Shown: positions 1-10,986, counted from the first letter of the stretch. The stretch is DNA of 64,000 nucleotides from Candidatus Cloacimonadales bacterium (GCA_963662275.1 OY759316.1:1760001-1824000); one strand, 5' to 3'. Translations and numbers: made by a program. Notes: generated by a model not told the origin, from the letters alone.

Positions 1-1
1 T

Positions 2-1111
2 CAGCCAATAAGTACCGCTTGCTGTTATTGTAGGTATTTCAGATATCCAATGCCCGTAACGGAATTTCATATATGCACCCATATGTCCGTAACCAGAATC
101 CATGATATCCCATGAACCGCAAGGATGCATATCGGTATTGACATAGTCATATAAATCAGGTGAACCCATAGCGTGGAACATTTCGTGACATAAAGTGTTA
201 ACATCATTCTGCGATTCGGGTTGGAGGGTATAATCATAGACCCTTTTATTATTAATATAGGCATATTCAGTGGTTAGCCAGTAACGGTGAGCCCAGAGAA
301 TATCTGCCCAACCGCTGTTTCCACCACGAATGATGAAGCAGACATTATCTACTTTACCATTGTTATCAGCATCAATATCCAAGGTTTCCGGTATTTGAGA
401 AGAAACAAAATCAACAGCATGTTTCAGTAAAGCTGCCTCTCGGGTATAATATTCATTTCCTTGGTATCCAATCGGATTTGAGGTAGCATTATATGGAACA
501 TAGTAATTCCTGGGATTCGGATCCTGATAGGACAGATTTGTTGTCATTTCGCAAACTGGATAATGAGTTGTACTAACATTTAAAGTATTATAAGATACTT
601 CCTGGAAGTAGTTATACTCCGATATGGCTCCTATCGTGTGATCATTGAATTTTGCATCGAAAAATGTCCGGTTGTTTGAAAATTCATCCTGATCAGAAAA
701 TCGAACGTAAATAGCAATGTTATTTATTGTACCGGTTGTAGGTGCCTTTGAACCTCTGCTTGCCTGGTTATTGAACGCCTGACGTTTGGCTTGATAGGCT
801 TCGTTTGATAATTTCAACCAGGGTAAAATACCCGCTTGAGAGGGATTAATAGAATTTACTTTGTACACAGAAGGTACTAATGTACCATTTATTTTTGTGG
901 CATAATAGTAGTAGCCATCTGATGGGCTTTGCATGATCGTATAACCGTTGCTGTCGTGAAGCCAGTTGAAGAATTCATCACCGCTTGCAAAACATGATAT
1001 TACCTGTCCATTCGGTTGGGAGATAGACATGGGTAATGCCTGATAATATGCTGCATTCAAATTTAGGGTTAAAATAAGTAATGCGAAAAAAAACAAAGTG
1101 AATTTACACAT
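2..1111 (-). CDS. M6-family (immune inhibitor A-like) secreted metalloprotease, runs off the left edge
   Basis: Manual translation of both ends (not in the ORF track): ATG at 1111 after AGGAGG; signal peptide MCKFTLFFFALLILTLNLNA; propeptide QPNG..GDEFFNWLHD; zinc motif HEMFHAMGSPDLYD near 150-190. Confidence 0.85.
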   Translation of the reverse strand, partial: MCKFTLFFFALLILTLNLNAAYYQALPMSISQPNGQVISCFASGDEFFNWLHDSNGYTIMQSPSDGYYYYATKINGTLVPSVYKVNSINPSQAGILPWLKLSNEAYQAKRQAFNNQASRGSKAPTTGTINNIAIYVRFSDQDEFSNNRTFFDAKFNDHTIGAISEYNYFQEVSYNTLNVSTTHYPVCEMTTNLSYQDPNPRNYYVPYNATSNPIGYQGNEYYTREAALLKHAVDFVSSQIPETLDIDADNNGKVDNVCFIIRGGNSGWADILWAHRYWLTTEYAYINNKRVYDYTLQPESQNDVNTLCHEMFHAMGSPDLYDYVNTDMHPCGSWDIMDSGYGHMGAYMKFRYGHWISEIPTITASGTYWL

Positions 1112-1362
1112 CTTGAAACCTCCTATGTAATAAACCTTAATTATGCAAAAAGGATTCCAGTCAAGGTTAAAGACAGGTATTAAATAAGAAAATATTCAGT
1201 TAGGGCATATATTTTTTTATAATCAGTTGTGCCTAATCGAGTGATATGCCTGTAAACAACCACAATCTGGAAGGGAGCACCCAAACGTCTGAGCAACGAA
1301 AATTTGTTACTTGACGAATACAAGCTCTTTCATACTCAATCCTGCAGGAGATATTAATATTC

Positions 1363-1911
1363 ATGAATAAAGACATATTACGATTGAATCAGATCAATCC
1401 TGAACGTCGTGTGATATACTTGGGATTCTTTACAGCATTTGCAGTAATGGTATATATCCTGGAAACATTTATACCCAAGCCATTGCCTTTTTTGAAACTG
1501 GGACTGGCGAATATGGTCGTTTTATTGCTACTCACTTCCGGATATCCATGGTCAGCTCTCTTAGTAGCTATCTGTAAAACTCTTTTTGGCGGATTACTTT
1601 CTGGAACATTTCTAAGTCCTGGTACTTTGTTATCGTTAGGAGGAAGTATCCTGGCATTTACTGTAATGGTGATTGCCAATCGTAATTTCTTTGGATTGAG
1701 CATAATTGGAGTTAGTATTTGCGGAGCAGTTGCACATAATTTAGGGCAAATTATGGTAGCAAGATTAGTAATCATCCGCCAAGATTCCATATTTTATTTG
1801 ACTCCAATCATGATATTAATGGGAATAGCAACAGGATTAATGATTGGATATTTGACTGACATATTCCTGACAGCACTCTCAAAGAAGGTTTTAAATGAAT
1901 CGATTGGATAA
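1363..1911 (+). CDS. Gx transporter family membrane protein (heptaprenyl diphosphate synthase component I-like)
   Basis: Hydrophobic 182 aa with E..IP.PLP..KLGLAN and GAVAHNLGQ motifs. Confidence 0.8.
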   Translation: MNKDILRLNQINPERRVIYLGFFTAFAVMVYILETFIPKPLPFLKLGLANMVVLLLLTSGYPWSALLVAICKTLFGGLLSGTFLSPGTLLSLGGSILAFTVMVIANRNFFGLSIIGVSICGAVAHNLGQIMVARLVIIRQDSIFYLTPIMILMGIATGLMIGYLTDIFLTALSKKVLNESIG

Positions 1912-4042
1912 TATCTACAAACATATAAAAGCAATCAGAATCAGTTCGGATACGTGGCGTTATTTAAAATACTTCTGCTATGTTCTCATGGTGTTTGTAG
2001 GTATTGTGGTAGGATTATTCTGGTTTTATAAAGATGAACTGCCTCCTCTCAGCGAACTGCAACACTATACGATGCGTACCGGTTCAGAAGTATATGACCG
2101 TAATGGCAAACTCTTTCATATGTTTGCCTTTGAACAAAGAAAGCTTGTGAATTTGAAGGAATTACCAGCATATGTACCAGATGCCTTGATCGCTTTGGAA
2201 GATAAACACTTCTATCATCATTTCGGCATTGATTTGATTGGTACAACACGTGCTTTTATCATTGATATTTTCCGAGGAAGTTTCTCCCAGGGAGCCAGTA
2301 CTATCACACAACAACTTGCACGAAATATGTTCCTGACTTTAGATAAACAATTACCACGAAAAATAAAGGAAGCTCTCCTTTCTTTCCGTATTGAATCTAA
2401 TTTTTCAAAGGATGAAATACTTGAGATGTACTTCAATAAAATCTATTTCGGGAATGGCGTTTATGGAATAGAAACAGCCTCTCTCTATTATTTCGGAAAG
2501 CATGCTAAAACATTAACCCTTCCTGAAGGGGCAACTCTTGTGGGAATGGTGCAGCGTCCTAATTACTTCGATCCTCAGCGTTTTCCAGAACGAACAACGA
2601 ATCGTCGTAACCTGGTAATCAAGAGAATGCTAGAGGAAAAAAAGATTACAAAAGAACAATACAAAGAAGCAATCCTGGCACCTCTCATATCTGATGCTTC
2701 TATTATGGACGATGATGCAGCAGACTATTTTCTTGAATACATACGTCTCTATCTCGAAAGGAAATATGGAACTAAGAAGCTTTTTGAGGGTGGTTTGAAG
2801 ATCTATACAACAATAGATTTTGATCTAACACAATATGCAGATTCGATGTTGAACCTCCAGTTAACACGTATGGAAGAAAGAAACGGAATGTGGTTCAGAT
2901 ATAAAAAATATGATCGTAAATCAGCGAATATTTCAACTCCTTATCTTCAGGGTGGAGTTCTGACGATGGACAATAAAACCGGATATGTGAGAGCCATGAT
3001 CGGAGGCAGGAATTTTAATCATAGTAAATTCAATCGGATCATGATGGCACGAAGACAACCCGGTTCTGCCTTCAAGCCAATACTATATACCGCAGCAGTG
3101 GAAAAAGGATATACGCCTGCTACAGTAATAAGAGATGAACCCATGGTCTTTACTCTTTCTGATGGGACGACATGGGAACCGCATAATTATAATTTTAATG
3201 AATATTATGGCTTGACTCGAATGCGTGAAGCTATCACGAAATCACAAAATATGTGGGCTGTAAAGACGGTTTACGATATTGGAGTTTCTTCTGTAGTTGC
3301 TGCTGCTTATCGTTTTGGACTTACTTCTCCACAATTACCTACCTATTCAATTGCACTTGGGTCATCGGAAGTAATTCCCCTGGAATTAATTAGTGGATAC
3401 ACAGCATTTCCCAACAATGGTTTTCGAGTAAAACCCATTTTTATTACCCGTGTCGAAGATAAGAAAGGTAAGATTTTAGAACGGGCTCATGAAGAAAAAA
3501 CACCTGTCTGTGACCCTAAAGTGGCGTATTTATTAACAAGCATGATGCAATCAGTCATAGATAATGGTACTGCTACTGTGGTCCGCAGCCAGGGTTATAT
3601 TTGGCCTGCTGCGGGTAAAACCGGCACAACAGATGACTACCGCGATGCCTGGTTCATTGGTTTTAATCGAGAAATGATTACCGGAATATGGGTTGGATTT
3701 GACAACAATCAAAGCATGGGAGCTGGTATGACTGGTGGAGTCGCTTGTGCTCCTGCCTGGCCATATATTATGCGTCGTGCTATTACGAATGATAACGGTG
3801 GACATAGACCTGCCATCAATAACCCCCGTTATACATTCGTTATACCAGAAGGTATTATCACTGCTAATATTAATCCAGTATCAGGATTTCTATCTAAAAA
3901 TCCTGAGAATGGTTTGAATGAGGTCTTTATTGATGGAACTGAACCAAAAGTTACAGCCGATAGCTTGATCTATAACTATTATCCAACTAGATATCGACTT
4001 CGTGACCGCGTCCCGTATACAGTTACAGAAACTGGGAAATAA
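1895..4042 (+). CDS. Class A penicillin-binding protein (PBP1A)
   Basis: N-terminal TM; transglycosylase EDKHFY, GASTITQQL; transpeptidase SAFK, SQN, KTG. Confidence 0.95.
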   Translation: MNRLDNIYKHIKAIRISSDTWRYLKYFCYVLMVFVGIVVGLFWFYKDELPPLSELQHYTMRTGSEVYDRNGKLFHMFAFEQRKLVNLKELPAYVPDALIALEDKHFYHHFGIDLIGTTRAFIIDIFRGSFSQGASTITQQLARNMFLTLDKQLPRKIKEALLSFRIESNFSKDEILEMYFNKIYFGNGVYGIETASLYYFGKHAKTLTLPEGATLVGMVQRPNYFDPQRFPERTTNRRNLVIKRMLEEKKITKEQYKEAILAPLISDASIMDDDAADYFLEYIRLYLERKYGTKKLFEGGLKIYTTIDFDLTQYADSMLNLQLTRMEERNGMWFRYKKYDRKSANISTPYLQGGVLTMDNKTGYVRAMIGGRNFNHSKFNRIMMARRQPGSAFKPILYTAAVEKGYTPATVIRDEPMVFTLSDGTTWEPHNYNFNEYYGLTRMREAITKSQNMWAVKTVYDIGVSSVVAAAYRFGLTSPQLPTYSIALGSSEVIPLELISGYTAFPNNGFRVKPIFITRVEDKKGKILERAHEEKTPVCDPKVAYLLTSMMQSVIDNGTATVVRSQGYIWPAAGKTGTTDDYRDAWFIGFNREMITGIWVGFDNNQSMGAGMTGGVACAPAWPYIMRRAITNDNGGHRPAINNPRYTFVIPEGIITANINPVSGFLSKNPENGLNEVFIDGTEPKVTADSLIYNYYPTRYRLRDRVPYTVTETGK

Positions 4043-4053
4043 TAGGAGTAATA

Positions 4054-5208
4054 TTGCCGATTTATGAAATTATCCTGATCTGCCTGACATTCATATCCCT
4101 ACAAGTGTGGATTATATATAGTCTGCGATATCGCAAGGGTTTTCTTTCTCTGAAACAGGAATTCAATTATCATAAGAGAAAGGTATCAGTTATCGTTGCT
4201 GCACATAATGAAGAACATAATCTCGTATGTTTATTGACATCTCTTGTAAATCAGACTTATCCAACTGAATTATATGAAATCATCATTGCTGATGATGATT
4301 CTACAGATTCTAGCTGCAATGTTGTACGGGGTTTCATGAAAACATTTCCGAATGTCCGTCTAATTGAAGTAAAAGGACGTGACCAAGTTATTTCTCCCAA
4401 AAAAAATGCTCTTACTCAAGCGATCGCAATTTCAACAGGTGATATCATTCTTACTACTGATGCTGACTGTCTGGTACCCCAAAGATGGGTCGAATCTATG
4501 GTGGCTTCATTCCAGGATGATACTGCAATGGTTGTTGGGTATTCAAGAACTAAATTAAACGATTGGAAAAAGGCTTCTTTAGTTCAGAAATATGAACACA
4601 TGGATTTTGTTGTTATCTATCTTGTTATGGCTGGCAGTTATACGATAGGGAAGAGCTTCGCTGCAATTGGTCAAAATCTTGCCTATTCCAAGGAAGCATT
4701 TCTAAAAGTTGGGGGTTTTTCTAAAATCAATCATATGCTCTCTGGAGACGATGTCAATTTGATGCAGTTAATGCGATTAGCTGGCATGAAAATACATTTC
4801 AATTTCTCATCTCATAGTTTTGTTTATACAACTCCAATTACAAATTGGATGATGTTACTTAATCAAAGGACTCGATGGGCTTCAAACATGAAAACCCAAA
4901 GCTCACTGAATCCTGAATTCTTCTGGATTCTTGTCTCTATTGTCACTTTTTATCTGCTCAATATTACACTATTTTTTGTAGATTGGCGATTAGGTTTGAC
5001 CTTCATGCTGATTAGAGAGTTCATTGAAATAAATTTGTTTTACTTCGGTTTTCCCTATTTGAAAGCAGATCGACGGATGATCTGGTTCTACCCGATTTGG
5101 CAAATTATTCAAGCGATATTTCTTACAACCACAATTATTCTTGGTCAATTCAATTTGTACCGATGGCGCGGACGTAAACCGGTAAAACTTTCATTACCAG
5201 AGAGGTAA
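4054..5208 (+). CDS. Membrane glycosyltransferase family 2
   Basis: AHNEE, DDDSTD, TDAD, SGDD, QRTRW motifs; N- and C-terminal TMs. Confidence 0.9.
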   Translation: MPIYEIILICLTFISLQVWIIYSLRYRKGFLSLKQEFNYHKRKVSVIVAAHNEEHNLVCLLTSLVNQTYPTELYEIIIADDDSTDSSCNVVRGFMKTFPNVRLIEVKGRDQVISPKKNALTQAIAISTGDIILTTDADCLVPQRWVESMVASFQDDTAMVVGYSRTKLNDWKKASLVQKYEHMDFVVIYLVMAGSYTIGKSFAAIGQNLAYSKEAFLKVGGFSKINHMLSGDDVNLMQLMRLAGMKIHFNFSSHSFVYTTPITNWMMLLNQRTRWASNMKTQSSLNPEFFWILVSIVTFYLLNITLFFVDWRLGLTFMLIREFIEINLFYFGFPYLKADRRMIWFYPIWQIIQAIFLTTTIILGQFNLYRWRGRKPVKLSLPER

Positions 5209-5212
5209 GTAT

Positions 5213-6457
5213 ATGCATGTTATTATTTTTGATGATCATAAGTGGAGTAATTTTAAACCTCTTTCATATGTAAGATCAGTGGGTGACTTACGAGTTGGAA
5301 TTCTCAAACAAAGACAACGTTTATTAGCATATATGGGTTCTGATGAAAATGCTGTCATTGTACCGTCCTTTTTAAAGAAACTTTACCAGGAACGTCACCC
5401 CGATTGGGATATCAATATTACTCCTCTTGAGGTTTGCTTATTTGTCAATTCTCGTCTGAAAGCACATGAAGATATCATACATCAGATTGAAAACTTAGAA
5501 CCAGGGGATGTTATTCAAAATGGGGAAGAGGTCATTGCGTTTTGCATAAAAGGGACAGGAAAGCCCATTTCCTCGGAAACGATAGATACATTGATTTCTA
5601 ATTGCAGTCATAAGATCAGTTCTGAAGCAAATACTTGGCAATATGCATGGGAACTTGTTTCTGAGAATAGCATTTGGATTAAAAGAGATTTTGATGAGTT
5701 TTTTTATGAAAAGGATAATTACTTTGAAACGGAGATGGGAGTAACGATTTTAAACCCCTACCAGGTATGGGTTGGTGAAGATGTAACATTAAAACCGGGA
5801 GTGGTTATCGATGCCAGCGATGGTCCTGTTGTGATAGATGAAAACGCTAAGATAATGTCCAATGCTGTGATCATTGGTCCGGCATATATAGGTAAGAAAA
5901 GCACAATAAAAGTCAGTGCAAAGATATACGAAGGGACGAGTATTGGTCCTGTATGTAAGATTGGAGGAGAAGTTGAGGAATCGATCATCCAGGGTTACAC
6001 AAATAAGCAGCATGATGGCTTTTTAGGTCATTCCTATCTGGGAGAATGGGTGAATATAGGTGCTGATACTAATAACAGTGATTTAAAAAATAACTATGGT
6101 CATGTGAAAATGCATGTTTATCCGGAGAATAAGAAAATAAGTACAGGCACTCAATTCATGGGATGCATTATCGGAGATCATACTAAAATTGGTATCAATT
6201 GTTCAATTAATACAGGAACGGTTATTGGTGTGGCATCCAATCTTTATGGTAAAGATCTGATTACGGATTTTGTTCCTGATTTAAGTTGGGGAGAATATTC
6301 AAATTTAAAGATTTATACTCTTGGAAAATTCATAGAAACTGCTAAATTAGTCAAGGAACGAAGAAAAATGCTCTTTACAAAAACAGAGGAAGAGATATTC
6401 AAGTCTGTCTTTGAAAGTCAAAAAAATAATGAGGTAAATCAATGCAAGAATGTATAG
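5213..6457 (+). CDS. Putative sugar nucleotidyltransferase / GlmU-related hexapeptide-repeat protein
   Basis: Left-handed beta-helix repeats; KQHDGFLGHSYLGEWVNIGADTNNSDLKNNY. Confidence 0.8.
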   Translation: MHVIIFDDHKWSNFKPLSYVRSVGDLRVGILKQRQRLLAYMGSDENAVIVPSFLKKLYQERHPDWDINITPLEVCLFVNSRLKAHEDIIHQIENLEPGDVIQNGEEVIAFCIKGTGKPISSETIDTLISNCSHKISSEANTWQYAWELVSENSIWIKRDFDEFFYEKDNYFETEMGVTILNPYQVWVGEDVTLKPGVVIDASDGPVVIDENAKIMSNAVIIGPAYIGKKSTIKVSAKIYEGTSIGPVCKIGGEVEESIIQGYTNKQHDGFLGHSYLGEWVNIGADTNNSDLKNNYGHVKMHVYPENKKISTGTQFMGCIIGDHTKIGINCSINTGTVIGVASNLYGKDLITDFVPDLSWGEYSNLKIYTLGKFIETAKLVKERRKMLFTKTEEEIFKSVFESQKNNEVNQCKNV

Positions 6458-7269
6458 AAGTTGAATTCAGATCAGGTCGCCTGGGTTACTATGTGAATCC
6501 CCAGGAGTTGGAAATAAATCCTGATGACCTGGTCATCCTGGAAGTGGAACGTGGTGAAGATATAGCAACTGTTATCCACTTGGCAATTACTAACCCTGAA
6601 ATCGATGCTCTTTGCGAAAGTAGTAAGATACTCAAGATCAAGAGAATCGCATCAGAGGAAGATATCGATAAACTGAATAACATCATTGAAAAGGAAGAGT
6701 CAGCTACTGAAACATTTCTTACTTGTGTGGGTAAGTATGATTTTGAAATGAAACTCATTGAAACCATCTACCAATTTGATGGCAATAAACTTACTTTCTT
6801 TTTTACTGCGGACGGAAGAATTGACTTCAGACAATTTGTCCGTGAATTAGCTAACATTTTTCGTACAAGGATTGAGTTACATCAAACAACAGGTCGTGAT
6901 GAAGCTAAACGCTTGGGTGGATTTGGTATGTGTGGTAATAAATATTGCTGCACTTCCTATATGAAACGATTTAACCAAGTTACAATTAAAATGGCAAAAG
7001 ATCAGAATCTTGCTGGAAACTTGTCCAAAATTTCTGGTCCCTGCGGACGATTGCTTTGTTGTCTGCATTTTGAAGAAGATTACTATGTGGAAACTGCCAG
7101 GGATTTTCCTGAAATGGGTGATAGTATTCAAATCAAAGGGATAACCATGTATGTATTCAAAAATGATTACTATAATAAAAAAGTCTATCTTTCCTCTGAT
7201 GATCAAGTCATTGATACTGTTGACTTAGCGGATTTTCTCCGCTTGAAGGAAATGCAAAAGAAATCATGA
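6442..7269 (+). CDS. ricT: PSP1/RicT (YaaT) family Fe-S regulatory protein
   Basis: FTADGRIDFR, RTRIEL, CGNKYCC, KISGPCGRLLCCL. Confidence 0.85.
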   Translation: MQECIEVEFRSGRLGYYVNPQELEINPDDLVILEVERGEDIATVIHLAITNPEIDALCESSKILKIKRIASEEDIDKLNNIIEKEESATETFLTCVGKYDFEMKLIETIYQFDGNKLTFFFTADGRIDFRQFVRELANIFRTRIELHQTTGRDEAKRLGGFGMCGNKYCCTSYMKRFNQVTIKMAKDQNLAGNLSKISGPCGRLLCCLHFEEDYYVETARDFPEMGDSIQIKGITMYVFKNDYYNKKVYLSSDDQVIDTVDLADFLRLKEMQKKS

Positions 7270-8306
7270 AGTTAATTTCCTTTTTTAGTCGATTACCTGA
7301 AGAAAATGATGTCATTTTCAAGGAATTTGAAGAAAAATCGTATCGATTTAAGCAATTGTATCAATGGGTCTATGAGAAACATATCACGAATCCTGATGCC
7401 ATGACTAATTTATCACTTCCACTCAGGGAGAAGATTAAACTAGCTTTTGATTTTTCTTTACCTATCGTCGAAAAGGAAACTAAGTCATCTGATGGAAGCC
7501 GAAAATTCTTACTGAAACTACAGGATGATCAGAAAATTGAAATGGTGCTGATGCCTGGAGATGGCAAAAATACTGTTTGTATCTCTTCCCAGGTAGGTTG
7601 CAGTCGGCACTGCGTTTTCTGTGCAACAGGAAAAATGGGTATGCTGCGTAATCTTGAGATTGAAGAAATTGTCGGTCAGGTATTTTTAGCAGCTGAACTA
7701 TTAGCGGATTTATCACTAACGAATATCGTCTTTATGGGGATGGGGGAACCGTTAGATAATTACGAAAATGTCCTGAAAGCTATCCGTATCATCCAGGCTG
7801 AACCGGGGATGAAGTTTAGCCCGAGACATATGACGGTTTCAACTTGTGGAGTGATACCAAATATTCGAAGATTGGGTGCAAGCGGATTAAAAATGAAATT
7901 AGCTGTTTCTCTGAACTCAGCAATTGAAAGTGTACGAGATAGAATTATGCCCATCAATCGTATCTATCCTCTTTCAGAACTCAAGAAAACTCTCTTGGAT
8001 TTCAGGCAGCGTACAACCTTTCGAGTAACTTATGAATACATTATGATACCTGATATAAACATGAGTGAACAAGATGTAAAAGCGCTTTTTAAGTTCCTTG
8101 GCGATCAATCCTGTAAACTGAACCTGATCTCTTTCAATCCGGTTGCAATGTCATCATATCGAAGTCCGACACCTGTCGAGATCGAAAACTTCATGAATGC
8201 ACTTTCTGAATTGAAGATTGCAGTCATGCTTAGAAAAAGCAGGGGCTCAGATATCACTGCTGCGTGCGGACAACTTGCCAGCCAAGTTATAAAAGAGAAA
8301 AAATAA
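7266..8306 (+). CDS. rlmN: 23S rRNA/tRNA C2-methyladenosine radical SAM methyltransferase
   Basis: CISSQVGC, CxxxCxxC (CSRHCVFC), MGMGEP, AACGQL. Confidence 0.95.
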   Translation: MKLISFFSRLPEENDVIFKEFEEKSYRFKQLYQWVYEKHITNPDAMTNLSLPLREKIKLAFDFSLPIVEKETKSSDGSRKFLLKLQDDQKIEMVLMPGDGKNTVCISSQVGCSRHCVFCATGKMGMLRNLEIEEIVGQVFLAAELLADLSLTNIVFMGMGEPLDNYENVLKAIRIIQAEPGMKFSPRHMTVSTCGVIPNIRRLGASGLKMKLAVSLNSAIESVRDRIMPINRIYPLSELKKTLLDFRQRTTFRVTYEYIMIPDINMSEQDVKALFKFLGDQSCKLNLISFNPVAMSSYRSPTPVEIENFMNALSELKIAVMLRKSRGSDITAACGQLASQVIKEKK

Positions 8307-8354
8307 CTTTACTGAGGCTTGTCTATAGATAATATAAATCAATAATGATAAGAG

Positions 8355-9143
8355 GTGATTATGAATTCTTCAAAGGATATGGCACTAATACTATTTCCTC
8401 ATTTAAATCGTAGACCATGTTTATGTGGTGGAAATCACGAAATCTGTCTGCAATGCAAAGTCTGCCGATTTGAGGAACCAGCTCAACTTCCTTCTGATTT
8501 GGAAAATATAGCGCAATACATCGATCATACAGCATTAAAACCGGAGACTTCTCACAAACAAATTGAAGACTTATGTACGGAAGCTGAAGAATACCAAGTG
8601 ATGGCTGTGTGTGTGAACCCGATTTACGTGAAGCTAGCCAAGAAATTAGTCAACAATGTACTTGTCTGCTCTGTTGTCGGATTTCCTTTAGCCGCTTCTA
8701 AAACAGATATCATCTTCGAAGAAACAAAAATGGCTTTGGAAGATGGTGCTGCTGAAATAGACATGGTGATTAAAACGAATTGGCTGAAAGATAAAAAATA
8801 TAAGGAAATTGAAGAAGAAATAGAGATTATCTCTCAATTAGTGCATAGGTACGATGCAAAATTAAAAGTAATTTTTGAAAATTGCATCCTGACCGATGAA
8901 GAAAAAGTGATCGCCTGTTTATTAGCTAAAAAAGCGGGAGCCGATTTTGTAAAAACATCTACTGGCTTCAACTCTAGCGGTGCTACAGTGGAAGATGTAT
9001 CTTTAATGAGAGCTGTTGTAGGTTTCAAAATTGGCGTAAAAGCGGCAGGTGGTATTCGTACTCGTGAACAGGCAATTAATATGCTGAAGGCTGGTGCAAA
9101 CCGTATTGGTGCAAGTAAAACCGCCGAGATTGTTACAGGCTGA
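8355..9143 (+). CDS. deoC: Deoxyribose-phosphate aldolase with a Cys-rich N-terminal extension
   Basis: IDHTALK, VVGFP, EIDMV, FVKTSTGF, VKAAGGIR. Confidence 0.95.
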   Translation: MIMNSSKDMALILFPHLNRRPCLCGGNHEICLQCKVCRFEEPAQLPSDLENIAQYIDHTALKPETSHKQIEDLCTEAEEYQVMAVCVNPIYVKLAKKLVNNVLVCSVVGFPLAASKTDIIFEETKMALEDGAAEIDMVIKTNWLKDKKYKEIEEEIEIISQLVHRYDAKLKVIFENCILTDEEKVIACLLAKKAGADFVKTSTGFNSSGATVEDVSLMRAVVGFKIGVKAAGGIRTREQAINMLKAGANRIGASKTAEIVTG

Positions 9144-9145
9144 TA

Positions 9146-10534
9146 ATGAAAGTAAAACTTGCTGGTTACAATATCGACACATCTCTCATCAAACAGTTAC
9201 CGGATGTCAATAAAGCAACTCCTGAAGTTCTTTCTGCTGCTTATGCGAGGATTAGCAGAAGTGCAAAAAACGTGACTGAACTTCGAAAGGAATCTTTAGA
9301 AGAAATTGATAAAGCTCGAAAATCAAATCAGAAAATTATCTATGAAATGGGACACAGTTCCGTCGCTGAACATGCTGTCTTCAACTTTGATATTATTGGT
9401 ATTTCACGATATTTAGCTGAATATGTGCAACAAAGCAGGCTTGCTTCCTTCACTGAGAAATCTCAAAGATATGTCACTCTCGAGGGAGATTATGTCATCC
9501 CCAGGGAAATCGCTGATCATCCAATCAAGACTCAATATGTATCACTTATCGAAGAATTGAATCAGCTTTATCAACATCTATATGCACAGGCAATTGAATT
9601 ACCGGAAGTACAAGCTCTTGAACATAGGAGAGATCGAGAAGGACGTGCTAAGGAAGATGCCCGTTATTTCCTTCCTTTGGCTACTGAAACTCAGATGGGA
9701 ATGACTATAAATGCGCGTAACCTGGAGAAAATGCTGAAAAGACTGGATTGTCTTCAATTCCAGGAAGCAGGTGATCTTAAAGCTCTATTATTGAAGGAAA
9801 TCCAACCTGTTGCACCTTCTTTGATTCGTTATACCCAAGCTGAACCGTATGAAAAAAATAGAATATTCCAGGAATCTAGAATTCAACCGATTGACATTCA
9901 GAAAACACGACTTATTGATTATGACCATAATATTGATACTAAAATCCTGGCTCATCTTCTATTTCAAGATAGGGGGGGGACGATTAGAGGTTGGATGGAT
10001 GTTTTTGAAGAATTGGACCAGGCTTTTCAAAAAAGATTCTATGATAAGCTCTTTGAAGGGATGAAGAGTTACCACACGGTTCCCCGTGCCTTTGAATACG
10101 TTAATTTTTCTTTTGAAACTGTCATGTCAGCAACTTGTTTTGCTCAGTTCAAACGGCATAGGATAGCCACGATTCTTCGATCTCCGTATCAATTAAGTGA
10201 TGGGATTGTTATACCTCCATTATTAAGAAATCTACTCTCTGATGATCAAATCGATGTGTTACAGAATAAAGTCTCTGAAATGTTTAATAGCCTGGAAGTA
10301 ATCAATCCTGCAATTTCACCATATATCCTTCTAAATGCTCAAAAACTACAAGTCATTTACCAGATGAATTTGCGGGAAATATACCATTTTGTTCGACTAC
10401 GTTCCGATTCTCATGCTCATTGGGAGATTCGCAATTTATCCAATAAAATGATAGAGTTGCTGAAGGATAAATGCCCTCTTGCTTCTTCCCGTTTGATGGG
10501 TAAAGATCAGTTTGATGAACAGAACCATTCATGA
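9146..10534 (+). CDS. thyX: FAD-dependent thymidylate synthase, tandem-domain type
   Basis: MGHSSVAEH, SFTEKSQRY, EDARYFLP, NARNL; second domain with RHR and NLRE..HF..LR...HAHWEIR. Confidence 0.85.
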   Translation: MKVKLAGYNIDTSLIKQLPDVNKATPEVLSAAYARISRSAKNVTELRKESLEEIDKARKSNQKIIYEMGHSSVAEHAVFNFDIIGISRYLAEYVQQSRLASFTEKSQRYVTLEGDYVIPREIADHPIKTQYVSLIEELNQLYQHLYAQAIELPEVQALEHRRDREGRAKEDARYFLPLATETQMGMTINARNLEKMLKRLDCLQFQEAGDLKALLLKEIQPVAPSLIRYTQAEPYEKNRIFQESRIQPIDIQKTRLIDYDHNIDTKILAHLLFQDRGGTIRGWMDVFEELDQAFQKRFYDKLFEGMKSYHTVPRAFEYVNFSFETVMSATCFAQFKRHRIATILRSPYQLSDGIVIPPLLRNLLSDDQIDVLQNKVSEMFNSLEVINPAISPYILLNAQKLQVIYQMNLREIYHFVRLRSDSHAHWEIRNLSNKMIELLKDKCPLASSRLMGKDQFDEQNHS

Positions 10535-10605
10535 CCCCCCTTGGGTGGGTGGGGTACTTTTTTCTTGACGACTGAACCTGCTGATAATTCTTTGTGCATA
10601 CATGT

Positions 10606-10682
<77 letters not shown>

Positions 10683-10694
10683 ATGAAATAGTGT

Positions 10695-10771
10695 GGCGGT
10701 GTAGCTCAGTTGGTTAGAGCAGCGGAATCATAATCCGGAGGTCCGGGGTTCAAATCCCTGCGCCGCTACCA
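10695..10771 (+). tRNA. tRNA-Met (CAT), probably elongator (Ile2 not excluded)
   Basis: Cloverleaf GGCGGTG..CGCCGCT-ACCA; anticodon loop ATCATAA. Confidence 0.9.
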
Positions 10772-10801
10772 TTTTTACTTTCATAAGTGTAATGAACCAG
10801 A

Positions 10802-10878
10802 GCGCCTGTAGCTCAGTTGGATAGAGCATCGGCCTTCTAAGCCGAGGGTCATGGGTTCGAGTCCCGTCAGGCGTGCCA
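10802..10878 (+). tRNA. tRNA-Arg (TCT)
   Basis: Cloverleaf; anticodon arm TCGGC-CTTCTAA-GCCGA; CCA end. Confidence 0.95.
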
Positions 10879-10910
10879 CAAGTTAATTCAACTATTTTAT
10901 AAAATAACGA

Positions 10911-10986
10911 GGTGGATGTAGTTCAATGGCAGAGCACCGGATTGTGGTTCCGGGCGTTGTGGGTTCGAGTCCCATCTTCCACCCCA
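10911..10986 (+). tRNA. tRNA-His (GTG)
   Basis: Encoded G-1; anticodon arm CCGGA-TTGTGGT-TCCGG; ends CCCA. Confidence 0.95.
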
